A DNA stretch of 64,000 nucleotides from the human T2T-CHM13v2.0 reference genome, Homo sapiens (GCF_009914755.1 NC_060947.1), one strand, 5' to 3'; counted from the first letter of the stretch, positions 1 to 23,244 are shown. Translations and numbers: made by a program. The notes: generated from the letters alone by a model not told the origin.

Positions 1-147
1 TGTAGCTGGAGGACAGATTAATGTACACATAGTTTGATTTCACTTTTTGTACCTCTTATTTACTAATGTGATACACAACAAAATATAGTTCCCAGCACAG
101 ACTTCTTTAAGACCTTCAAGTAGTTGACCTCTTCCTAAAGTTTTGGG

Positions 148-323
148 CAGAACCCACTACATAATTTGCAAGAAAATTACATGTAAAATGAGAATGTGGG
201 GCCTCTTGTTAAAAAATTAAGAATTTCCAGACAGTGACAGCAAAGCATTAAACCAAGAATGGGGCCTTCTTTCATGGGGTCCTGGGTGACTGCACAGTGC
301 AAACGCTCGTGAAACCAGCCATG
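148..323 (-). mobile_element. MER45A-like non-autonomous hAT (Tip100 group) DNA transposon
   Basis: Sequence cagaacccactacataatttg...gcattaaaccaag...gactgcacag...gtgaaaccagccatg follows the reverse complement of the MER45A consensus as recalled; about 176 bp. Confidence 0.75.
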
Positions 324-899
324 TATGGGGACTGTACCTCTCTAAATGTATCTCCTCCTTTTTTCTCCCAAATTCTCCCTTACTTCTTGCCAACTTATCT
401 ATCTTCCTAGATAAGCAATAGGAAATAGAGGGATTCAGGGGATGTGGAGTGGAGGCAGAGGTGGGGATCAGTATTCTGGTGAGCAGCTTTGAAGGGTAGA
501 GAAACTGATGTTTCTTGTTGGTTTAGGCACCAAGTCTTTGAGATGGGAGACAGATTGTAGGTCATTATGGAATGGCGGTATGAGCTTTAAATAAGAGGCT
601 TTCTACCTTTTTCAGTCAGTGTCTGTTTGAGGAAATAAAGCCAAACTAAAGCATGACTGGGGTTTTCTCAATCCAGCCCTTTAGGGCCATCCGCCTCTTA
701 ATTAACACCTATTTCACCCAGATCCAAGCCTTGGGTTACCTGTTAGTTTTAGTCCTTAATATTGTGAAATCTTGTCTTTTTTTTTTCTTTTTCTGTATTT
801 GAGGGAATTTTTGTGAAAAGTTAGGCCCGGATGCATTTGGGGGCAAATAGCAATACATTATTTTGAACTGGAAGCCCCCAGGGAACCAATTAGTCGGGT

Positions 900-4434
<3,535 letters not shown>

Positions 4435-4860
4435 GTCTAGCAAAAGGGTCAGGCTGCCAGCCAGTTAGCCAGTATTCACTAAACTTGGTGCCAAGTGCAG
4501 AGCCCAGGTGAAAGCAAATCTGTTTACAGCAACAGCACTAACACCAAGAGCAACCCTACAATTATTATTTCTCTCTCTAAAATCTTTTAATAGTCCACTG
4601 TAAACTTTCGCATGATTCTTTAGCATTCCATTCTAGACTCTTCATGGTGCTGCCTAATTTTTCAGCCTCAACTCCTGATTTTTCCCTTATCCTCTTGGCC
4701 GCAACCACACTCAACTTCTTGAATTTATCAGAACTCCCATATTCTTAGCCTTCTGTGTGCTTGCAGGTATGTTGCTGCCTCTGCCTGGAATATAAACCTC
4801 CCTATACTCACTTTCCAGCTCCTACCAATCTATCTTTTTTTTTATTTTTTATTTTTTTGA

Positions 4861-5187
<327 letters not shown>

Positions 5188-5354
5188 TAATCTCTAGGAT
5201 ACTTCCCTGGTCCCTCTAGGCTGACAAAGATGCCTCTTCTGTGTGCTCCCACAGAAATTTGGGCATAGGTCATGGCACTCATCACTCTGGATTATAGTAT
5301 AGAATTTGTTTATACAACTCTCCAAGAAAGAGTAGCTTAATTACAAGGATGATG

Positions 5355-7950
<2,596 letters not shown>

Positions 7951-8413
7951 CTATGACAGTGGTAAGTATGGGAAGAACTGGTAAATTTTTTTGAACCTAT
8001 GTTTGATCGTAACATTTACGTATAGTTCTATTGATAAGACTAGATAAACTATGACTCTGTTATGTGACTTTTTATTATCTGTAAAGGTTATATGGCACTA
8101 ACATTATAAACACACTAAATATTCCTAAGTGCTTCAGGTTAAATATTTCGTTGTTTAAAAGAAAGTCACATTATTTTCCTATACTTAAATGGGTTCCTTC
8201 TCTAATTAGTTGATGGTACTTACATAAATATTAACATAATATTGCTACAAATTATGTACTTAGTCTGTAATCTGACTTAGCTAGATTTTATATAATTTTA
8301 TAATATTGATTTATCTATACATATATTAGTCGTATTAATTTGCTAAATTCAGATTAAACTTTCCCCAGCTCCTGGTGTATTTAGAATTATGAAAAAGAAT
8401 CAGTACTAAGTGA

Positions 8414-8829
<416 letters not shown>

Positions 8830-9019
8830 TAGTGAGGTTGTGGAGGGAGAAGGAGGAAGTGATGGGTAGAGTAATAATAAATTTAGAACCCAGATTGTGA
8901 AAGCAAGAAAAAATTTTGGAAATTCCAGCCTTCCTATTTTATTGAGATTTTTGAATCTATGTGTCTGGCACTTTACCTACCTTATGGCATCTAAAATAAT
9001 GTTATAAAGTGGCTGTATT

Positions 9020-9490
9020 TTCTCTTTTTCACAGATGAGAGAACTGAAGCTCAAATTAGACTAACTTGTTGAAGTCTGCCTAGCTATCAAGTGGTAAAGG
9101 TAGGATCTGAACCTAGAGCTGTATGATTCCACAATTCATGCTCCTTTGGCTGCACTACTCTGCCTTCCGGTGGGGTTTTCAGATTCACTTTTCATGGAAA
9201 TTTATTATAAAATCATTTATTGTATGTCCCTATTTCTCTCTCCAGTGAAATATGTAAACCTTATAGGCTCTATATCTATTTTACATACATTTGACAGATA
9301 ACACACTATGTAACATGTGTATGATGTAAGGACTTATGTTACCATATGAAATTTGTCCCATGCTTGATGATAGATCCTTGTAGTTGTAATAGACATAGAG
9401 CACTGGCCTAGAGGATAGGTAATGTTCTCAAGGTCGCACAGCCTGTGTAGAGCAAGGATTCGAATCCAGGTCTGCCTCACTCCAACTCCC
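9020..9490 (-). mobile_element. MIR fragments (approx. 9020-9150 and 9400-9490)
   Basis: ttttcacagatgagagaactgaagctc...gtggtaaaggtaggatctgaacc and caaggtcgcacagc...ggattcgaatccaggtctg match the MIR core/tRNA-derived segments. Confidence 0.7.
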
Positions 9491-9780
9491 ACCCATTGCA
9501 TCCACTCCTTGCTGTTCTGCTATTACATAGTAATAGCGGGAAGAAAAGTGTTGAGGTGTGGAGAGTGGGTAGCCTTTTTTTTCTGAGACGGAGTCTCGCT
9601 CTGTCACCCAGGCTGGAGTGCAGTGGCGCGATCTCGGCTCACTGCAAGCTCCGCGCCATTCTCCTGCCTCAGCCTCCCGAGTAGCTGGGACTACAGGCGC
9701 CCACTACCACGCCCGGCTAATTTTTTGTATTTTTAGTAGAGACGGGGTTTCACCGTGGTCTCCATCTCCCGACCTCGTGA

Positions 9781-10085
<305 letters not shown>

Positions 10086-10241
10086 TGATCCGCCCGCCTC
10101 GGCCTCCCTTTGCAGGCGTGAGCCACAGAGCCCGGCCGGGATTGAGTAGCCTTATAATCCTTGAAAAGGACCTGAGTCAGGAACTGCTAACTTCAGGGAG
10201 ATAGTCAAATACCAGCAAAATGTCTATCTGTGCTTGTGCAA

Positions 10242-10290
10242 GTGTGTGTGTATGTGTGTGTGTGTGTGTGTGTGTATGAGAGAGTGTGCG
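10242..10290. repeat. (TG)n/(AG)n microsatellite
   Basis: Direct reading of the sequence. Confidence 0.9.
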
Positions 10291-11810
10291 AGCGAGTTAC
10301 TGGGGTCAAAATTTCCTTGGCTTTAAATGTCACCATTTGTGACAAAGTTAACAATGTATTAATTTAGCCGTAGAAAAGATTTGGCCCTTTGTACACACTC
10401 ATTCAAGCAAAATGGAGTATCATAAAGGGAAAGGTGTTTCAGAGGAAGTAATTAAACATGAACTATAATCTATACAAAACTACAGTTTGTTCGTCTAGTT
10501 ACTAGTCTCAGGGGAACAATTTAAAACTGTGTGCAAAATCAGTTGGGATTCCCATAGCTTCCCGCTGAATACTGGTAGGAATTACTGGGTCAGCACTGAA
10601 TTGTCTTCGTCATATTTTGAAATCCAAGTTTAAATATATAATTTTTATTGGTTACAGGTGGAAAACCTATTGAAAATATAAAAAACTCCGTTTATAAACA
10701 GAATCTTGTCCTTATATGTCTATCAATTTTTTCCTATCCCTGTTATAAGACATACAGCTTAGTAAATAAATTTGCCTTTTGAGAAGAGTAGTCGAAAGGC
10801 CTATTTTTTTTTCACCTATAGTAAAGATTAAAAGTCAGACTAAAGCCTTTCCCCTGCACCTGAGAGACAGAACAACAAAATGTTACTGTTGTCTAGGGGT
10901 TACAAACCTGCAGGTTTTGGGGGATAGAAAGGATTTCTTGGGCCACCAGCTGTGATGATTTAATTATGTCTTCTCTCAGGTCTGTCCACAAGCAGCCCCT
11001 ACTTTTGTAAGAAGGCTCCACTGAAATCATGGCAATAGAACCCAACATTCTGCAGATCCCGCTTCACAATTTCTCATTGCTTTTTCTTGTAAGACTGTAA
11101 TGAACTACTGATAAGACACAGGGTAAACACAGCACGAAAATCTGGCCCCAAAGTGCCGCCAACAGACAGACCTTTGGCGGTGGGGAGCCATGGTCGGCAA
11201 GCCAGGCCCCGCGGGCGACTCTTCATTCCCTCCGGCCTGGGGCGTATGGGCGGGGGTCAGGGGAGCCCTTCCCCCTTCACTTTCGGCGCGGGTGAGGTGA
11301 TCGGGGCTGCCAGCGCAGGTCTGGCCTAGGGCGGCACCCGGACCGCGGGGCACGGGACCGGCAGCCGCTCCCCGAGCGCCCTCCTCGCGGAGGCCATTAT
11401 TTCCAGCAGTGCCAAAAGTCTGAGCCTTCTTCGGAGGGCAGAGGTCGAGGGCCGTGCGCCGCCTCCCGGCTACGCGACCTGTACCAGGCCCTGTGGGGTC
11501 CCGGGACCCCTGGAGCGCGCGCGGGACGGCCGGAGCCGCGGTCTGGGCACATCCCAGAGCTCGCGGGCAGGCAAATGCCGTCCTTGGCGTCTTCGCCCGC
11601 CGCTCGCGCCCGCCGCGGGCGGTGCCGGACCGCGCCCTTCCCCACCACTCCCCTCCCCCTCCAGAGCCCGCCGCGGTTCCCGAGGTGACACGGCCCGGAC
11701 CCTCCATTCTCTGCCCCAGTGTATTTAACCAGCACAACCTAACAGGAAGCTCCCTCTCGGTGACAACCCTTCCCCCGACAGACGCGCCCAGCAGCCAACC
11801 ACCGGCTAGA

Positions 11811-11970
11811 ATTGGCCTGCGTCCCGCTCCCATCTCGGTGGCGGCCTCGGTGGGCGGGGCTCGGGCAGCTAGCAAGTTAAGTGGAGCCACGGCTGACGTG
11901 AGTCAACAAAGGTCACGTGAGGCGTGCGGGCCGCGCCGATTGGTGGCGCCAGCCGGGCGGGGAGGGGGGG
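11811..11970 (+). promoter_or_regulatory. KDM6A: TATA-less proximal promoter with inverted CCAAT boxes (11811, 11939), GC boxes (11852, 11955), overlapping CRE-like/AP-1 site TGACGTGAGTCA (11894-11905) and E-box GTCACGTGA (11912-11920)
   Basis: Motifs read directly from the sequence, just upstream of the probable TSS near 12000. Binding is not shown. Confidence 0.7.
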
Positions 11971-11997
11971 TCACGGCGGCGGCGTGGGGTTCGCTGT

Positions 11998-12576
<579 letters not shown>

Positions 12577-12718
12577 TAGCCGCTCTCCCGGGAGGACCGA
12601 GCGCGGCTTGTCTCTGGCGGCGGCGGGGCGGGCACCTCGGTTTGGCGCTCTTCGCGCCGCCTCCGCTGGGGCCTCGGGCTCGGGCAGGGACGGGTCGGTG
12701 GCGTTCCCTGAGCGTTAA

Positions 12719-13123
<405 letters not shown>

Positions 13124-15667
13124 TAGGGTCAAGGGATCGTGAGTGTGTTCAGATTTTCCCAAATTTCGGACTTAACTTGCCTCTACGGGTTTAAAAAAAT
13201 TCTTTTCCTTCAAGCAGGCTGTTCGTGATGCCTACTGCTAACCAAATGTTTTAGGCTTTCTTGTGTCCCCGCTCCCAGAAGGGGGAAGTTTCACGGAGTT
13301 TAGGTCGGTGAAGAGTTTGCATTGGGCTGTTGACATGTATCTCGATTGCAGTGTGTGTTACCTGAAGTTAGGTGACTTGTTTACTTTTTGGGTCTTTTTG
13401 GCATAGAAATACCGTAGTTATTTGTAAACGTGTTCTCTTCCTGGAGCCTCATTTCCTGTGTGTCTGACAGGGGAGGCTGGGGAGGATTCGGGGTGTAGTC
13501 TTTTTTTATTTGTGTGGAAAGTTGTTGGCACTGTCATTTAGTTAAGTAATGGCTGCTCCTATCGGCCCAAGATGGCGGGACAGGGTGGGAGGAGAAAGTG
13601 AAGGGGGGGGTTAGGGGGAGGGTGTAGAGGTAAACATGGAAATAAATAGTAGCCGTGAATAAGCCTTTCCTTCGGAGTGTGTAGCTCAGTGGTGTTTAAA
13701 AAAAATTACCCAAGATTATTTGCATATAGAATTCTTATACCTTTCATAAGCTTGGAAGCAGCATGCATAAGCCTGGTAAATGCTTATCAACCTGTAGCAC
13801 ATTTAGTTATCCATCTGTAAGCTATTGAACAAAGGCTGGAGTCTCAATCTGTATGCATCAGTTTATATTTCCTGACCAAAATCTGATTGCAATGGTATTT
13901 GAATACTTTCTTCGTAATTGGGACCGTGAAAGTTGGAGTGTGTGCTATGGGTGTTGTATCCGTTAGACATTTTCTTTTCTAGCTGAAATCATAGCTTTGC
14001 ATTTGACACCTAGCTTTATTGTTGCAGTTGAGACGCAAGTTTGAAATAAGTCTAACATTTTATTCTTAAGTTGATTTTTTTGTTGTTCTGAATTTTTGTC
14101 TGTAGCTTGGTTTCGCAGAGTCATCAATTCCTTTTTATCTGTAATTACACATTTGTTTTTATTTCAAAGTAATTATAAGGTGTTATATTGCATATAATCA
14201 GAAAACTAAATGGAAATAATGCTTTTCAGTAAGCCCGGCCCCTTTGACCGATACAGAAAACTTGAATTAAACTTTGACTACGTAGGTATTAATTGGCTTC
14301 ATTACAATTATTGCTGTAAAAATGAACAGTGACTAGCTCTGGAAAGATTTAAGCGTCAGTAATTGTTGGTCTCCTGCCTTAAAGTTTTTTTTTTTTTTTC
14401 CAATTTGAGTATTTAAAGTATTTTATTTAAAAATATTTGACTGCTGTCAAAGTTGTCATTATAAAAGATTAAACATGATTTAAATTAAAAGAGCATTATT
14501 TTGTTTTGGAGGGATTATTGTTGGTCTAACATGGGTTAATAAAATTGCTTGCAAAGATAATTCACGTGGAAAAGTTTGGCCAAATCGATTGCTTTTGGTT
14601 ATGGTGATGAAAAAATAAATGGAATCTGATGTTTTATGTTGAGAATGTGTAAAATGCTAGTTGATTTTATGTCTTAGAATGCTCATATTCATATAGATTC
14701 ACTGCGAATAGTGCTTAACATTGGATTTCGGATTGTAATATTAAACCCTGCAGTTATGCACTAACGAGTTTAAATTTTAAAAAAGTAACCATTTTCAAAT
14801 ATTCTTGGCAAGTTGTGCATTACTTGATGTTTGAATACATCTTAAAAATGAAAAACTAGTGAAGCTTCACTATGTTTGGGGCCTTCATGATATATGGGGT
14901 AATTTGATGAACGATTAAGCAGTTTGTTAAACTAAAGAAAAAAAAATCTTCACTGCTTCAGACTCAGTGCTTGTGAGGTGTCCTACCTGCTTAGGACAAG
15001 ATTCATCAGCCTTAACATTAAAATAAAACCTTCTGTAATATGTGCTTGCAACCGCATATAGTTCTTGGTTGCATCTTTGTGAGCCTGAACATACCAGTGG
15101 GGTGTGTAATGTAAAGCCTGACATTATATAACTTCGCACCCTCTGTTTGAATTGGGTTCTGAATGAAGTGAATGAGCTGGAGTCCTGCTGTAGGAAGTCT
15201 TGAATTATTTAGTTTCATCCTTCTTTTAACAGTCCTCGAAGCAGTATTTTTTTGTTTTTTATTTTTATTTTTTGTGGAATGTTGAGCTATGTTGGTTTCA
15301 GAATTCTTATTCCCTGAAAGTCTTAAGAGTTGGCTTTCCTTTACTGGGCAGGTTTAGGCTACTTACCTGAGGGCAGATAATGGAATTGAATAACTCCCAG
15401 AATTCCCTTTTTAGCTTTGATTTTTGTCCTGCCATGCCCCCCCACCCCCAACCCCCCGGCCCCAATTTAGTCTGCACTTTGTATAACGTTTTCCTTTCTG
15501 GCAGAAATTTAGCTATTACTACTTGTTTTCAAAAATTCTTATTCCTATGTATATTATTGGATTTTCTTTCAAGTTTTTAAAATTCACATTTGTATGTTAA
15601 AAAAAACTCTTGACCTAAAAGCTTTAGAAAGTTGAAAGCATTAAATATGTCTCTTACTTGTCCCTTA

Positions 15668-15942
15668 ACATATGTACGTATACATATATACACACGTGTA
15701 CATATACATATATACACACGTATACATATACGTATACACACATATACATATACGCATATACACACGTATACGTATATACGCACGTATATGAATACGTATA
15801 TACACGTATACGCATACGTATATACACACGTATACGTGTATACATATATACATGTATATACATACGTATGTATATGCGTATACACATATATGTATATATA
15901 TGCATATGCGTATGTATACGTATGTACATATCTATATGTGTA
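15668..15942. repeat. Complex (TA/CA/CG/TG) alternating purine-pyrimidine microsatellite
   Basis: Direct reading; strict alternation over 15668-15931 with one break at 15791. Confidence 0.95.
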
Positions 15943-16902
15943 TTCCTTTTCCAGGTGTGCAGTTTATTCAAACCACTGATTTCTCATCGTCTCCCGAATG
16001 TTTTTGTCAGATTCAGTTATATTAGAGTCATTGAAAGAATTTTTTGTTTGTAGGATGGCCATTTGATATACAATGCCTGGGGTTTTGGATTAAAAAAATA
16101 AGGTAGTTAATACAATGTATTATTTTTTGGTAATGTCTTTAAGGTTGTAAACAGCTAGAGCCTGCGTAATTAGAGTTCTTGTGATATAGGGTGATCTTGA
16201 ACAGTGCTCTTGAATGCTGACCCTTAATCTTCTGGTAATGTAATAATTCAAGATTCTTATTTTTAAAATTTCAGTGGAGTTATCGAAAACTAAGCAAAAT
16301 ATTTTAACAGAAATTAACTTGTGACTTTTTTAGTACATTTTTGAAAACCTTTTGGGTTTTTTTTTTTTTAAGTAGGGTAAGGATTTGAGTTAAAGTAGAA
16401 TATATACGAATATATACCATAAATGTAGTAAGTTTAAATATAGTAGTACTACCAAGTATAGTTATAGTAATAATGCTAGGGGACTGGGGAATCTTATCTG
16501 CGTCAGGGAACTATTGCTAAAATACACAGTTTTGAACAAAGTATCTTATTTTTAAGTTTTTCTTAAATACTCTTATTGGAAATTTTTTTGGTAATTCTAT
16601 TAGTAGAAAGATTATACAAAATACTTAGAAGTTATAGATTGTATATCACTTAAAAATGTATGTGCTTTTTTCCGTAGGACATATTAGCATTAAAACAGTT
16701 GGTGTTTTAAATTTTTTTGATAATAGAAGTAGTTTAAGATCCATTGAAACATATTTTCTTAAATTTGGTTTGCTGGCGTGTTTGGTAGGGGAAATTATTA
16801 GGTCAGTTCTAGAGGTGGCTTTTTTAAATTGTAATATTTGGATGTTGATTAAAAACATTCTCATTTATGTGTGTTTTTTGTTTGCTGGCACTTAAAGGCA
16901 TA

Positions 16903-17121
16903 CAGGTTGAGTATCCTTTATCCAAAATGCTTGGAACCAGATGTGTTTTGGATTTGGGATTTTTTTGGGTTTCAGAATATTTGCAGAATACATACCAGTT
17001 GAGCATCCCTAATCTGAAAATCTGAATTCCAAAATGCTCCAATGAGCATTTCCTTTGAGTGTCATGTTGGTACCCAAAAAGTTTTAGATTTTGGATTTTC
17101 AGATTAGGGATGCTCAACCTG
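16903..17121 (+). mobile_element. Tigger4a/MER46-type MITE (TcMar-Tigger)
   Basis: TIRs caggttgagtatcc...gggatgctcaacctg flanked by TA on both sides; internal ggattt repeats. Confidence 0.88.
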
Positions 17122-17564
17122 TAAATTCATTTCCAGTGCTAAAGATGGCTAGTGTTTTGGTTAGAAAAGTCATGAGAGCCTGTCTCAAAAAACAAAAACA
17201 AACAAAAAAAGAAAGTAGCCATGGAAATAATGTCATGCTTTGTGTTTTAAAGAGTTTTCTAGTTTGGAAGATTGTCTTCTGAACACTTGCAGTCTTAATT
17301 TTTTACGTGGACAAAGTCTTATATACTTGGTATTTCCTAAAGTTTTGATTTGTGCCTGGTAATAAAGATATACTAAGATTATAGAACATATTTGCATATT
17401 TGGTCACAAATTAGAACTGCAGCAATACATAAACAGGCACTTTTAAAGTTCTGGTTTTCTTTTTCAGTAAATAGTTCTTTCTGTCGAATCAATTACAAAT
17501 TGAAATAACTAGAGAGCATTTGACTGCCACCTCTAGATACTTTTTGTTTTTTTTTTTAATTTGA

Positions 17565-17801
<237 letters not shown>

Positions 17802-18710
17802 TAAAGTGCTGGCTTTGCAGGTGTGAGCCGCCGCACCTGGCCAATATCTTAAGCTGTTAAGAAAAACTGCCTGAGAGATGAATTTTTGTGACTTAGGTGA
17901 AGTGATAGGTCATGCACTTTAAACCAAAATGAAAGTTCATTGCTTGGCTAGCTGCAGAGTAAGTCTTTTTCTGACTTAAATTATGTAACATTTAGTTTTT
18001 GTTTACATAGTACCAATATTCTGCATCTTTGAAAGGATTTCTGTTAAGTTTATTTTTACTTTGAAATTCATTGTGATGCGTTGAACTCTTTGAAATTGAT
18101 GTTAATGACTGCTAACACTGCATTATTAATAATATTTTTGAAATGTGTTATCTAGAGAGCTAATTTATGTTAAGAAAACACTACCAGCTTGTCTAAGAAT
18201 TGAAATGGTGGTTAGGCTGTTTAGGACTCACATGTATTATTTGTAGATTAGTTAATTAATAAAGTTTATTTAATGAATGCATAATTGACAGTCTTAAGTA
18301 CTCATATTGAAACTTCACATATAATTTTATCAGTTTTCCACATTGGTTTGTAAATTATCGTGACAGTAAATTAAAACAGTATATTAATGTACACTATGTG
18401 CAAGCCTTCTATGTAGATAGTATGAAGATAGCATAGATATTTCTTGCCCGTGTTGAACTTAAATTCTTTAAGAGGGGTGAGATAAGTTTAAGGGTGACTA
18501 ACACAGGACCATCTTTGGGAGAAGAAAAATGTGAAATATTCTGAAAGTTTATGAGAAAGGTAAATTTAACAATTCACAAGTTAGAATGGCTCTTAAAGAT
18601 GGGGATTGTTTGTTGATTGTGTTTCTTGGAGATGGTATTTCTTGATTTAGATGTTAGCAAGGCATCTTATAATTTTGTTTAGGAAAACATGATTTAAAAA
18701 TCACATTTTA

Positions 18711-19011
<301 letters not shown>

Positions 19012-19392
19012 TCACATTTTAGCTTTTAGCAGATGTTCAAAGGATGATCTGCTGTGTGTTCTGTCCTTCTTTGATTTCATTTTGTAGTAATATTTACCTT
19101 GTTATGAGTTCTTAACTTGAGATTCTTAAATGAGTGTTCATGGGTCAATTTAAATTCTCTGACAGAGTTTGGAAGGACACTCAGGATGACTTAATGGTCA
19201 TCTTGGAGTACAAGACACTTTTGGGGTGAGAAGGAGGGGAGATTTTAAACTGTTTTATAGATTTCTGTACTGCTTTTTTTTTTTTTTTTAACACCGTAGA
19301 CATATATTACCTTAAAAATAATACAATAAGGCCAGGCGTGGTGGCTCGTGCCTGTAATCCCAGCACTTTGGGAGACTGAGGCGGATGGATCA

Positions 19393-19692
<300 letters not shown>

Positions 19693-20531
19693 CTACCATG
19701 TCTATAGTTAGAAGAGATACTTGTAAAGGCCTTTCTTGCATTTTAATTACAGTCTGAAGTTGGGATACTTTTGAACTTGATGTTCCTTCAGTGAGGGTAG
19801 GAGTGAATGGAGTAGAGATGTACCCAATTAGGTCCTATTTCTTTGTGTTTTAGATGGCTTTGTGACAGTCACTGCGCTCATTCTTCATTTTGATCTTTAG
19901 CATTTCATTGCTGACTTTATTTTGAGTCTGATTTGGCACAGGCTGATACTTGGGACCTGATTAAGAACTGTAACCTGGGCCGGGCGCGGTGGCGCATGCC
20001 TGTAATCCCAGCACTTTGGGAGGCCGAGGCGGGCATCACGAGGTCAGGAGCTCGAGACCAGCCTGGCTAACATGGTGAAACCCCGTCTCTACTAAAAATA
20101 CAAAAATTATCTGGGTGTGATGGCGCGTACCTGTAATCCCAGCTACTCGAGAGGCTGAGGCAGGAGAATATTGCTTGAACCCAGGAGATGGAGATTGCAG
20201 TGAGCCGAGATCGTGCCACTGAACTCCAGCCTGGCGACAGAGCAAGACACCATCTCAAAAACAAAAAACAACAAAAAAACTGTCACCTGGAAGGGTGGGA
20301 GTAATCCCTTGTTAGACAGTTTTAGGTTTCTGAGCTAATTTGTAGACTGCTTGCAACTTTCTTCTATAAGCTTTTATTATTTTTTCTCTTACCTATTTCT
20401 TCCTTATATTCCATCATTTGTTTACTTCTGTATATTATTAAAACTGTTGGTGGTGTTCCATTGTGAATGTATTCTTGTATGCTTTTTGTAATTTTCTCTG
20501 TGGTACTATTTTGTCTTTTTTTTTTTTTTGA

Positions 20532-20636
<105 letters not shown>

Positions 20637-22042
20637 TGAGTAGCTGACATTACAGGTGTGCACCACCACGCCTAGCTAATTTTTGTATTATTAGTAGAGA
20701 TGGGGTTTCACTGTGTTCGCCAGGCTGGTCTCCAACTCCTGACCTCAGTTGATCCCCCCGCGTCGGCCTCCTGAAGTGCTGGGATTACAAGCGTGAGCCA
20801 CCATGCCTGGCTGAGTATTTTGCCTTTGTTAGAATAAATAGAAGATGCTGCTGCTAAGTTTATTCTCAGGAAGAAAGTTGGGGTTATACTTAAGGGTATT
20901 ATATAAGGTCATCTAATTCATTTTAGTTTAGAACAGTGGAAGAAATTGTTTTAGACAAAGGGTTATTTTTAAACTACAAATTTATTACGTGTTCATTAGA
21001 TTTTTCTCTCTTTTTGAAAAAAAAGTTTATTAGGAAAAATTTTCAGTGTTTTCAGAAAGTATTGCAAATCAACCATCACCCAGCTTTAATAGTTTGCAAC
21101 TCATGACCAGTCCTGTTTCATCTATATATATTTTGCCCCTCACTCATGTTATTTTGAAGCACATCTCAGCAATCAGTCACAGCATTTAATCCATAGATGT
21201 TTGTTTCTGAAACATAACCGTGATGCCCTTATTACATGTAAAATAATTTCTTAATCTCAAATATCTGTGGACCTTGTTTTTTGCTGTATGGAAGTTAAGA
21301 AATAATTGCTTGGAAAATGAGTAGAAAACATGTTTAGCTGAGTATGTGATGTGAATTTTGTTTGTATTTTGATACTGCTATAGTGTTCTGTGATAGAATA
21401 TTACATAATATGTGACACAAGAGGTAATTTTTCCTGAGAACTTTATGAATCATAGTTGCTTGAGTCTGGATAGTTTTTATTTTTAGGGAAAATTTGTTTT
21501 CAAGATACAGTAGTTAAATAAATATTTTAGGTTTCTGAATTTCAAATATCAGAATGAGAACTACAAAAGCTTTTGCTTTGCTTGATTGATTGGTGAAACA
21601 TTTGTTGAGCTGCTGTGGGTGAGGGATTGTGTCAGGTTCTGGGGCAACCAATAAGACCTGGCCTCTGTCCTGCAGTCAGTCTGTTGGGAGAGGCTGACAG
21701 ACTGAGTGATCATATGATGTATTAAGTGTAATAATAAAGATACATGCAAAGTGCTGTGAGCTCTGAAATGATGGAGTAATTAAAACATTTAAAACTTTTT
21801 ATTATGCATCATTTAAAGTATGTACAGGTATTGAAGGTAGTTTAATGAACTCCTGTTTTCAACGGTTCTCCACATTTTGGAGCAGTTAAGTTTTTTTTTT
21901 TTTTTGAGGCAGGGTCTCACTATGTCAGCTGTCACCCAGGCTGAGTGCAGCGATGCTATCTCGGCTCACTGCAACCTCTGCCTCCCAGGCTCAAGCAATT
22001 CTCCTGTCTCAGCCTCTTGAGTAGCTGGGACTATAAGCGTGA

Positions 22043-22357
<315 letters not shown>

Positions 22358-22373
22358 TAGCTAATTTTTTTGA

Positions 22374-22529
<156 letters not shown>

Positions 22530-22560
22530 TGAGGGAAACTGCACAAAGATTCAGCATTTA

Positions 22561-22925
<365 letters not shown>

Positions 22926-23244
22926 TCAAAAAAAAAAAAAAAAAAAAAAAAAAGAGTTAGAGGTATAAAGTTAAATGGTGTTTGAGGAATTGTGAATAGT
23001 CAGGTATGGGTAGAGGGTAGCATGTTTCAGTGGGATTGGGAAAAGATAACTGAACATGTGAGAAGCCCCATCACTATAGGCCGTAGGATGTTTTGGGGCA
23101 TTGTTAAACTGAACTCTCTAATCAGGTGAAGTGACATGACCAGAAGTAGGTTTTATGGGAATATTACTGGCCACTGTGAGAAGGATATGGTGTAAGGGAA
23201 AGGAACTTCAGTACCGATGGGTAGATAGCAATGCATGAATTTTA

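Noticed and set aside
15577-16053. ORFs on both strands rich in Y/T/H/I/V/C
   Set aside because: Translations of the alternating purine-pyrimidine microsatellite.
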